Shown: piece after piece, positions 1 through 10,600 of the stretch
Layout of the letters: each line of letters starts with the position of its first letter
Numbering within the stretch: position 1 is the first letter of the stretch
Source of the DNA: Macrostomum hystrix
Taxonomy: Eukaryota > Animalia > Platyhelminthes
Reading direction: 5' to 3'
DNA length: 64,000 nt
Assembly: GCA_950097015.1 (NCBI GenBank)
Contig: CATNEN010000029.1
Span: forward strand, 6,262,001 to 6,326,000
The notes under the pieces: generated by a model
The model's input: only the letters and a program-made list of their open reading frames with translations
What the model was told of the DNA's origin: nothing
Database searches by the model: none
Translations under genes and position numbers: made by a program

Positions 1-56
1 TGCTTTATTTCAAGCTCTATTAGGCCGGTAGATTAGATATCTTACGGACTATAAAG

Positions 57-512
57 GAGCTGGGTGTTGCAGCTCACACACTGAATGAGCTGGGAGTTGC
101 AGCTCACACACTGAATGAGCTGGGAGTTGCAGCTCACACACTGAATGAGCTGGGAGTTGCTGCTCACACACTGAATGAGCTGGGAGTTGCTGCTCACACA
201 CTGAATGAGCTGGGAGTTGCAGCTCACACACTGAATGAGCTGGGAGTTGCAGCTCACACACTGAATGAGCTGGGAGTTGCAGCTCACACACTGAATGAGC
301 TGGGAGTTGCAGCTCACACACTGAATGAGCTGGGAGTTGCAGCTCACACACTGAATGAGCTGGGAGTTGCAGCTCACACACTGAATGAGCTGGGAGTTGC
401 AGCTCACACACTGAATGAGCTGGGTGTTGCAGCTCACACACTGAATGAGCTGGGTGTTGCTGCTCACACACTGAATGAGCTGGGTGTTGCAGCTCACACA
501 CTGAATGAGCTG
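57..512. repeat. 30-bp minisatellite GAGCTGGGAGTTGCAGCTCACACACTGAAT, about 15 copies
   Basis: Directly visible tandem periodicity. Confidence 0.95.
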
Positions 513-1313
513 TGGTTTGGGGCGTACACAGTCATTTATATGGGCCTAGCCGTATAACAATGATATTGTTTTTCAAATGTCATAAAATCTTGTAATTGAT
601 CAGCAACAGCTTTTCCAAATAAAATTGCATTGATTGGCAGTTAGCTACGAGTTGGCAGTTAGCTCGTAACTCTGGGACAATTTCTAATGCAAAGCATTTC
701 TGTATGCAAAATCTACACGTCATATAAATGAATTACACTTTTCTCAGAAATTTTTTGACGGCAAAAAAATCTTGACCATTTTTGCCCTTAAAGTCTTGCA
801 CTAAAACTACGAAATTTGCCTAACGCTTATCAGTTTTGAAGCAGATATTTTTTGGTCATATTAGATCTTACACAGGGATTAGCACGTCAGCAGTGAAACT
901 ACGCTCGTTTTGTAGATTCCAGCTGTTTTACAGTAGAAATTAAGCTACAATTATCCAATAGTTTTCTGTCTACAAGTGTGTAAACTGGGAACTTGTTAGT
1001 AAACATGCAGGACACACAGACTGCTGAAGATGTAGCATTTGCAGTCAGGCGGTTGATTTCCGCTACTGATCTTCAACGCTAACCATTGCTATTCTCGATG
1101 CAATTCCATATTTAGAAAATGTGACCTTGCTTTTTAGCTCGACATTCAACTATGGTAAAGCTTTGTGGAAGTGTAACTTAATTAAACAATAAGTCAAGGT
1201 CAAAGTCCTGACGCGTTTATTCTAGGACATAATCCTCTGTCTAGTTAATCCAGCAAATAAATAATACTCATTTAATTAATCCTTCCAATGATTGTCCAAT
1301 TTAACTTGTCCCT

Positions 1314-1412
1314 TGAAGGTCGGGGGTTCGATTCCCGACTCCACTGGAGCAATTTGTGTCCTTGAGCAAGTCACTTAACTCTGCATTGCGTTAGTTCACC
1401 CAGCTGTTAAAT
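1314..1412 (+). mobile_element. tRNA-derived SINE family A, 5'-truncated copy (B box and core)
   Basis: GGTTCGATTCC B box followed by GTGTCCTTGAGCAAGTCACTTAAC...CACCCAGCTGTTAAATGGGTACC, shared with the other copies; its 3' part differs. Confidence 0.75.
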
Positions 1413-2103
1413 GGGTACCAGCAATCCTACGTCCTTTAAGAAATCACATTATTCTTTTATACAGCTTAGTATTCTATTGAATATTATGAATACTTCGTAA
1501 AATGTTTTCAATTCTGTACAGAGCTGACTGTATGTACATGTGGAGTGCTCAAAGTGAGCATTACAAAGCGCTTAAGATATGCGTATAAGAGATTCACTGT
1601 TCAACATTCAAGCTGCGCTTGCAGTACTCGTATGTTTTCAACTAAGCAGACGAATAAGGTAGGTAGTTAACATGCTACTCTGATAGCTATGCAGCTCGTT
1701 TATATTGTGTGAAAATGAAGCTAAAGATTCATTCGTTACTTTCAAAAGCTGTCTTACAGTGAATGCATCGCTCGTGACAAGACTGTTTTTTGTTTTTGTG
1801 AGATACGCAGGGGGTCTGTCGAGAGGTCCCTGCGGATGCTGCAATTTTTCAGCCAATAAGGCAGCCCCAGTAGGTGGGGTGGCTGCCTTAGGTGGCACAA
1901 TCGCCTCTCTCTCTTTCCGTCTCTCTGTTCTGCAATGGCAAGCGAGCTGGCATTGAGTGGCGCTGGATCTGTAGAGAGAGATCGAGGCATGAAATAAAGG
2001 GTCGTAAAAGACCTTGAGGAGGCAAAAACGAAATTAGCTGCAGTCATTGACTCCGAGTGTTAGCGGGCCTATTGTTGGCTTCTAGGAGAGCGAGATCAGA
2101 GCC

Positions 2104-3562
2104 ATGCCAGAATCAGCTAGCGATAAGGACAGCACCCGGGACTACCTGAAGGTCGAGAGCGGTTCGGATAGTCTTTTTATGCGTGCCACCGAGAAGTCCT
2201 CGCGCGGCTGCTGCGGCAGAGTTCACGTTGCCTGGATAATCCTGCCCTTTCTGCTGCTGCTGACCTTGCAAGCTGGGTCACTCTATTGGCTGCTGGGCAG
2301 ATCCCAGCCTAAGGTGAGCGCCTAATAGCCATACTGCAATAGAGCATATTTTAACTATCTACAAATATTGTGCTAATCTTGCAGCCGCATATCACAGTCG
2401 TGATAGACTTAAACGGCACTCAAAACTGTATAAAGGGCAGCATTACTATTGATCGCCCGTGCAAGAAAGGAAATTTGTACGTCTCATCCAGTAAGTCCCA
2501 GTTTAGAAGTTCTGCTCTGAGATTTGTTTCCCACCAAAAAACTTTTTCCTGAGTCTTCTATACTTTTACCGCACTCTCCCAATGCAGAGGCTCCCATTGG
2601 ACCGCTGCGCTGTCATGACGATGCGTTCGAGCAGTCGAACCTAGGGCGCGACAATTGTCATAGCAACCAGTTTCGCATAGCCCGAAATGGTCTTGGCGTT
2701 GTCATTCCGAAGGACGGATTGTACCGCTTATATGCCAAGGTATGCCAAGTGCTTGGAGTTCGCACCTCAACACCGTTCCTCATGGCTGCCTAATTGGTTC
2801 ACCCCTAAAAAGAGTTCAACCTACTCTTTACCCTGCCCATCACTATTTCATTCTAATGCACCCGCCTCACTCCCCTTTGAATAGTCACCTCACTCCCTGC
2901 TCCTATCTTGCAGACACCCACCCCAAATCTCTTACCGGCCAGCACCCACCTCACTCCCTGCTCCTATCTTGCAGACATCCACCCCAAATCTCTTACCGAC
3001 CAGCACCCACCTCACTCCCTGCTCCTATCTTGCAGACATCCACCCCAAATCTCTTACCGACCAGCACCCACCTCACTCCCTGCCCCTATCTTGTAGGCAT
3101 CCACCCCAAAACTCTGACCGGCCAGCACCCACCTCACTCCCTGCTCCTATCTTGCAGACATCCCCTCACTCCGCAAACCGGCGAATAAAAGGCATAAGAA
3201 ACTTTTTGAATACTAAAAAACATTATTTTTTTTAATGAAAATTTTACCCACAGGTGAGCTATTACGATCCGACCGCGCATCAGACCAGCGTGCAAATCCG
3301 CATTGACCCGCCGCACGAAACCGAATGCCTTGGCAACCACGCCTGTCTTGAAGAGCGAGAGGCCGCCGCCCACGCCTGGCTGGTCTGTCAGCAGCATCAA
3401 CCGGCTGCCAGCAGCTCCGGCGTGCGAGACTTCACCGGCTGCGCTCTGGACGGTATTCGCCGATTCACAGCTGGCCAGACGGTAGGCCTTCAGGTGGCCA
3501 TCGGACACAGGGAGATAGTGGGCCACCGCAAGGCTACCTACATGTACATTCACCAGCTGTAA
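2104..3562 (+). CDS. TNF-superfamily ligand (type II membrane protein), 4 exons: 2104-2313, 2385-2490, 2588-2739, 3254-3562; 777 nt, 258 aa
   Basis: gccATG start; single TM (VAWIILPFLLLLTLQAGSLYWLL) with no signal peptide; TNF-homology motifs VVIPKDGLYRLYAK|VSY, GIRRFTAGQTVGLQV and terminal TYMYIHQL; GT..AG introns with phases 0,1,0 all consistent. Confidence 0.85.
2886..3171. repeat. About 61-bp minisatellite in TNF intron 3, about 4.5 copies
   Basis: Unit cacctcactccctgctcctatcttgcagacatccaccccaaatctcttaccgaccagcacc. Confidence 0.9.
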
Positions 3563-4624
3563 CTGTAACATTGTGTTACATTCGGGTGTATAGCCTACAC
3601 ACGAGTTTTATAAACTGAATTTGCTGTTAATTTTTTTTCTACTTGTAAAAGAGTTTCATTAAAAATCGATTCATACTTTCCTGTACATATCTGTTATCTC
3701 GTTAATATTTCTCTACGTTACGTTAGAAATGTCTCTATGATACCTGTGCATCAAAAGCTATAGTTCTATGCATATTGAACACTAGTGTGAATTTTAATCG
3801 AAATTAAAATTTGAAAATTTCGATTTAGCTAAAAAAATTTTCTACGGACTGATCGCCTCCAATTTTGAGCAGGCATTAGAATGTTATCACTGTCATTGCA
3901 CATTTCTCATCTCTAGTAAACTTACTCAATGGATAATATTGAGTTCATCTGTTTGCATAGCAACGAGATAATTGAATTTAATAGGCTGGTAGCGTTAACA
4001 GTACAGCTTTTTATCCTGTTCCTGCTCGAAGGTATTAATGTCGAATCCCGTTGCTATGCGAAATTCTCTATGGGTTTTAGCCGAAACGTTTTTAAAGGAA
4101 CTTTGAATAAGATTACGTGAACTCAATTACATATATATATTTATTTTCTATTGAAAACTATCTGTTTTACAACAAAAATAGTGAGACGTAGGAAAATGTA
4201 TTTTAGGTCTCAATTGTCATTTGTTAGTTAATTCTATCTTATATTTTATTTTGGAATTATTTATAAAACGTTTTTTGGCACGTTAAGTAAGAGTTTCAAT
4301 CCACTTTCCATTGTTTTAGCCTCAATCTGTTAAATTTAGCCAAAACGGATCAATATCTACGATTGAAATCATATCCTTGTGTTTTTCCACCGATTTAAAA
4401 GCATTAGTTGATACGACTTTGAAATTTACTTGCATATTTTCAGCCGTTATGTTTGGAAGATCAATATACACCGGCATCAATGCTTCACTTTTTACAGACT
4501 TTTTAAAACTGCTTTATAATTCTACTTTCTAACAAGCCTTAGTAATGTTTTCTGCCTGATTTCTGATAATTCGTTTTTTGTTTGGCCAAGAACAGTGACA
4601 TAGAAATACTGAGAATCACCAACT

Positions 4625-5955
4625 GATTCTGCGGTTCTAGCTGCGGATTCTGCTGCTATTCTAGCTGTGGATCCTGCTGCCATTCTAGCTGTGGATCCTG
4701 CTGCGATTCTAGCTGTGGATCCTGCTGCGATTCTAGCTGCGGATCCTGCTGCGATTCTAGCTGCGGATCCTGCTGCGATTCTAGCTGTGGATCCTGCTGC
4801 GATTCTAGCTGTGGATCCTGCTGCGATTCTAGCTGTGGATCCTGCTGCGATTCTAGCTGTGGATCCTGCTGCCATTCTAGCTGTGGATCCTGCTGCCATT
4901 CTAGCTGTGGATCCTGCTGCGATTCTAGCTGTGGATCCTGCTGCGATTCTAGCTGCGGATCCTGCTGCGATTCTAGCTGCGGATCCTGCTGCGATTCTAG
5001 CTGTGGATCCTGCTGCGATTCTAGCTGTGGATCCTGCTGCGATTCTAGCTGTGGATCCTGCTGCGATTCTAGCTGTGGATCCTGCTGCGATTCTAGCTGT
5101 GGATCCTGCTGCGATTCCAGCTGTGGATCCTGATACGACTCTAGCTATGATTCTATTTTCACATCTAGCTACGATTCTTGCTACGATTCTTGCTACGGTT
5201 CTAGCTACTATTTTATGTTCAAATCCTGTCACGATTCTAGGTACGATTACAGGTGTGAATATTTCTACGATTCTAGCTGTGGATCCTGCTGCGATTCTAG
5301 CTGTGGATCCTGCTGCGATTCTAGCTGCGGATCCTGCCGCGATTCTAGCTATGGATCCTGCTGCGATTCTAGCTGTGGATCCTGCTGCGATTCTAGCTGT
5401 GGATCCTGCTGCGATTCTAGCTGCGGATCCTGCTGCGATTCTAGCTGTGGATCCTGCTGCGATCCTAGCTGTGGATCCTGCTACGACTCTAGCTATGATT
5501 CTATTTTCACATCTAGCTATGATTCTAGATGTGGATCCTGCTGCGATTCTAGCTGCGGATCCTGCCGCGATTCTAGCTATGGATCCTGCTGCGATTCTAG
5601 TTGTGGATCCTGCTGCGATTCTAGCTGCGGATTCTGTTGCGATTCTAGCCGCAGATCCTGCTGATATTCTAGCTCCTGATCCTGCTGCGATTCTAGCTGC
5701 GGATCCTGCTGCGATTCTAGGTGTGCATTCTAGCTGCGATTCTTGGTGCGAATCCTGCTACGATTCTAGCTGCGGATTCTGCTGCGATTCTAGTTGTGGA
5801 TCCTGCTACGATTCTAGGTGTGGATTCTGCTGCGATTCTAAGTGTGGATTCTAGCTATGATTCTATGTGCAAGTCCTGCTTCGATTCTAGCTGCGACTCT
5901 TGCTGCGGATCCTGCTTCGATTCTAGCTGTGGATCCTAGCTATGATTCTATGTGC
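4625..5955. repeat. 24-bp minisatellite CTAGCTGTGGATCCTGCTGCGATT (built from 11-13-bp subunits), degenerate at its ends, between the two converging genes
   Basis: Tandem periodicity with interspersed diverged subunits. Confidence 0.92.
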
Positions 5956-7077
5956 GAATTCTGCAACGACTTTTAAAGTGATTGCTGCTCCGGTTCTGGC
6001 AACGAGGCCGAGAATTTTCTGAGCTTTCTTTTTCAGAAACAGTAGAATCTTTGCTTCTACTGTCTTTGCCCCTACATAGCTGTCTGAATCTACCTGACAA
6101 CAGCTTGAGTGCTGTTCTCATTCGAACTTCTCTGAACCCTGGCGGGTGCTGCGTACATTTGTAAACAGCCTCGCTCATTTCAGTGCACACTCAAAGCAAT
6201 TCTTGAGCACAGATCTTAAGTACACGGTGAGTTTAGTGTACAATTGTTCGCAGAGAGAAATGCGCACATTTGTATTGAAATGGACAGCACTAAGTGGACA
6301 GTACAGAATGCTGTGAGACACGCGGATGAGTTGTGATAAGAGAAACAGTTTAAAGGACTTTTTAATGTGCGACCGTCCTTCTATTTGATGCATTGTATTG
6401 AAATGCACTTTGAAGTTAAAGTTCATTTAAATCACCTTTATCCCTGTCTCCTTGGCACGTTACAGCACTGTAAATTATAGTTAGATGTTTAAAAATTACT
6501 AAGAAGGACAAATTAAATTTATAGAACACATTGGAGCACTTTAAATAAACATTTTCTGCCTATTTACTATTCTGTCTTTGTACATGAAGCTTAATGTAAT
6601 TATATTTGCAGTAAAATTCACTAGATTATAAAACAGGATAGTCATTTACTCGTACATTTGCTTTTTTCTAGCAGATATGAATGAAGTAGAAGCTGGTTTA
6701 TTGACGAGATTAACGTGCCTGACGCAGGCAATAAAGGCAAACAGGTATAAAATTCGTTTAATTCAAGACAGACGTCAGTTATTTTGTAAGGGCATTATAC
6801 TAAAAGCAGAAACAAACAAAAAGTAGAGATGGCCAATATCTTACCTACTTTTAGTACTGAATTTCCACCATTTTTATCTACAAGACTAGCGACTTAAAAT
6901 TCAGAATTCGCCATAGAAAACTATAGACTCGCACACTAAAGAAGCGCAGTTGTTGGTTTTGACCATAGACAGTAGACTGACACAGAGAATTTCGCCTACC
7001 GCAGCCATTAACATTGTGTGCGCGAAAGCCCTTCGGTCAAGCATTACATATGTGCAGTTTGGAAAGTCCATTTGAAA

Positions 7078-7083
7078 TTTATT
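7078..7083 (-). terminator. Candidate Eph polyadenylation signal AATAAA
   Basis: First TTTATT I found on the + strand past the stop codon, about 320 nt downstream; an alternative lies at 6697-6702. Confidence 0.3.
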
Positions 7084-7220
7084 GAATAGAAATGAATATT
7101 TCGCAATTATTGGTACTTCTGATAGTAATAGAGACGCAAATCTGCTTCTAGAGAGAATCGAAATTTACTTAAATATATTACTTTTTAACATTCATTTCAA
7201 ACAGAAAGATTTTAAGGTTT

Positions 7221-7345
7221 AGATTCAGACATCAGAGGGTAAGAGTCAGATATCAGAGGGTAAGAGTCAGACATGAGAGTGTAAGAGTCAGACATCAGAG
7301 GGTAAGAGTCAGACATCAGAGGGTAAGAGTCAGACATGAGAGTGT
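7221..7345. repeat. 21-bp repeat AGAGTCAGACATCAGAGGGTA, about 6 copies, in the Eph 3' UTR
   Basis: Tandem periodicity about 55 nt past the stop codon. Confidence 0.85.
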
Positions 7346-7400
7346 GAGAATCAGAGTATGATAACTCAAAGACGCGGTCAAGTGACAGTGAGCAGTCCGG

Positions 7401-7674
7401 CTAGACCATATAGCCATCTGAGTAAGGCGCTGCTTCGTAAATGTGCATTTTGAGGCTCTCGACGGCGTGAAGTAGGCGCCGTCTGTGGCCAGAATCATTG
7501 ACGCCGATCGCGTCGAGGTCACTGGCGGTGAGGCGCGGCGCCTGCTCCATGCTGACGAGGCCGCATCGATGGAAGGCGTCAGCGTAGCAGTCGAGCTTCA
7601 TGCCCGCCAGCCACTGGGCCACTGTGCCGCAGCGCTGAGCCGGCATGGACATTGAAGGCGCCTCGTAGATGGGT
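7401..7674 (-). CDS. Eph: Eph exon 13: SAM domain and PDZ-binding C-terminus (...SDGYMV*)
   Basis: [43 protein letters not shown] is a SAM signature; cccgcag| acceptor; TAG at 7401-7403. Confidence 0.93.
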
Positions 7675-10600
7675 CTGCGGGTGTTGGCGATACACAATTC
7701 GCATTAGAGATGGGTGTTTTAAAGGATCTCATACTGTGAGAATCAGGGATCTCAGACTGTGAGAATAAGGGATCTCAGACTGTGAGAATCAGGGATCTCA
7801 GACTGTGAGAATCAGGGATCTCATACTGTGAGAATCAGGGATCTCATACTGTGAGAATCAGGGATCTCAGACTGTGAGAATCAGGGATCTCAGACTGTGA
7901 GAATCAGGGATCTCAGACTGTGAGAATCAGGGATCTCATACTGTGAGAATCAGGGATCTCAGACTGTGAGAATCAGGGATCTCAGACTGTGAGAATCAGG
8001 GATCTCATACTGTGAGAATCAGGGATCTCATACTGTGAGAATCAGGGATCTCAGACAGTGAGAATCAGGGATCTCAGACTGTGAGAATCAGGGATCTCAT
8101 ACTGTGAGAATCAGGGATCTCAGACTGTGAGAATCAGGGATCTCAGACTGTGAGAATCAGGGATCTCAGACTGTGAGAATCAGGGATCTCAGACTGTGAG
8201 AATCAGGGATCTCATACTGTGAGAATCAGGGATCTCATACTGTGAGAATCAGGGATCTCAGACTGTGAGAATCAGGGATCTCAGACTGTGAGAATCAGGG
8301 ATCTCAGACTGTGAGAATCAGGGATCTCAGACTGTGAGAATCAGGGATCTCATACTGTGAGAATCAGGGATCTCAGACTGTGAGAATCAGGGATCTCAGA
8401 CTGTGAGAATCAGGGATCTCATACTGTGAGAATCAGGGATCTCATACTGTGAGAATCAGGGATCTCAGACTGTGAGAATCAGGGATCTCAGACTGTGAGA
8501 ATCAGGGATCTCAGACTGTGAGAATCAGGGATCTCAGACTGTGAGAATCAGGGATCTCATACTGTGAGAATCAGGGATCTCAGACTGTGAGAATCAGGGA
8601 TCTCAGACTGTGAGAATCAGGGATCTCATACTGTGAGAATCAGGGATCTCAGACTGTGAGAATCAGGGATCTCAGACTGTGAGAATCAGGGATCTCAGAC
8701 TGTGAGAATCAGGGATCTCAGACTGTGAGAATCAGGGATCTCGGACTGTGAGAATCAGGGATCTCAGACTGTGAGAATCAGGGATCTCAGACTGTGAGAA
8801 TCAGGGATCTAAGGACTGTGAGAATCAGGGATCTCAGACAGTGAGAATCAGGGATCTCATGACAGTGAGAATCAGGGATCTCAGACTGTGAGAATCAGGG
8901 ATCTCAGACTGTGAGAATCAGGGATCTCATACTGTGAGAATCAGGGATCTCAGACTGTGAGAATCAGGGATCTCAGACTGTGAGAATCAGGGATCTCAGA
9001 CTGTGAGAATCAGGGATCTCAGACTGTGAGAATCAGGGATCTCAGACTGTGAGAATCAGGGATCTCAGACTGTGAGGAATCAGGGATCTAAGACTGTGAG
9101 AATCAGGGATCTCAGACTGTGAGAATCAGGGATCTCAGACAGTGAGAATCAGGGATCTCAGACTGTGAGAATCAGGGATCTCAGACTGTGAGAATCAGGG
9201 ATCTCATACTGTGAGAATCAGGGATCTCATACTGTGAGAATCAGGGATCTCAGACTGTGAGAATCAGGGATCTCAGACTGTGAGAATCAGGGATCTCATA
9301 CTGTGAGAATCAGGGATCTCATACTGTGAGAATCAGGGATCTCAGACTGTGAGAATCAGGGATCTCAGACTGTGAGAATCAGGGATCTCAGACTGTGAGA
9401 ATCAGGGATCTCAGACTGTGAGAATCAGGGATCTCATACTGTGAGAATCAGGGATCTCAGACTGTGAGAATCAGGGATCTCAGACTGTGAGAATCAGGGA
9501 TCTCATACTGTGAGAATCAGGGATCTCAGACTGTGAGAATCAGGGATCTCAGACTGTGAGAATCAGGGATCTCAGACTGTGAGAATCAGGGATCTCAGAC
9601 TGTGAGAATCAGGGATCTCAGACTGTGAGAATCAGGGATCTCAGACTGTGAGAATCAGGGATCTCAGACTGTGAGAATCAGGGATCTCAGACTGTGAGAA
9701 TCAGGGATCTCATACTGTGAGAATCAGGGATCTCAGACTGTGAGAATCAGGGATCTCAGACTGTGAGAATCAGGGATCTCAGACTGTGAGAATCAGGGAT
9801 CTCAGACTGTGAGAATCAGGGATCTCGGACTGTGAGAATCAGGGATCTCAGACTGTGAGAATCAGGGATCTCAGACTGTGAGAATCAGGGATCTAAGACT
9901 GTGAGAATCAGGGATCTCAGACAGTGAGAATCAGGGATCTCAGACAGTGAGAATCAGGGATCTCAGACTGTGAGAATCAGGGATCTCAGACTGTGAGAAT
10001 CAGGGATCTCATACTGTGAGAATCAGGGATCTCAGACTGTGAGAATCAGGGATCTCAGACTGTGAGAATCAGGGATCTCAGACTGTGAGAATCAGGGATC
10101 TCAGACTGTGAGAATCAGGGATCTCAGACTGTGAGAATCAGGGATCTCATACTGTGAGAATCAGGGATCTAAGACTGTGAGAATCAGGGATCTCAGACTG
10201 TGAGAATCAGGGATCTCAGACAGTGAGAATCAGGGATCTCAGACTGTGAGAATCAGGGATCTCAGACTGTGAGAATCAGGGATCTCAGACTGTGAGAATC
10301 AGGGATCTCATACTGTGAGAATCAGGGATCTCAGACTGTGAGAATCAGGGATCTCAGACTGTGAGAATCAGGGATCTCATACTGTGAGAATCAGGGATCT
10401 CAGACTGTGAGAATCAGGGATCTCAGACTGTGAGAATCAGGGATCTCAGACTGTGAGAATCAGGGATCTCAGACTGTGAGAATCAGGGATCTCAGACTGT
10501 GAGAATCAGGGATCTCAGACTGTGAGAATCAGGGATCTCAGACTGTGAGAATCAGGGATCTCAGACTGTGAGAATCAGGGATCTCATACTGTGAGAATCA

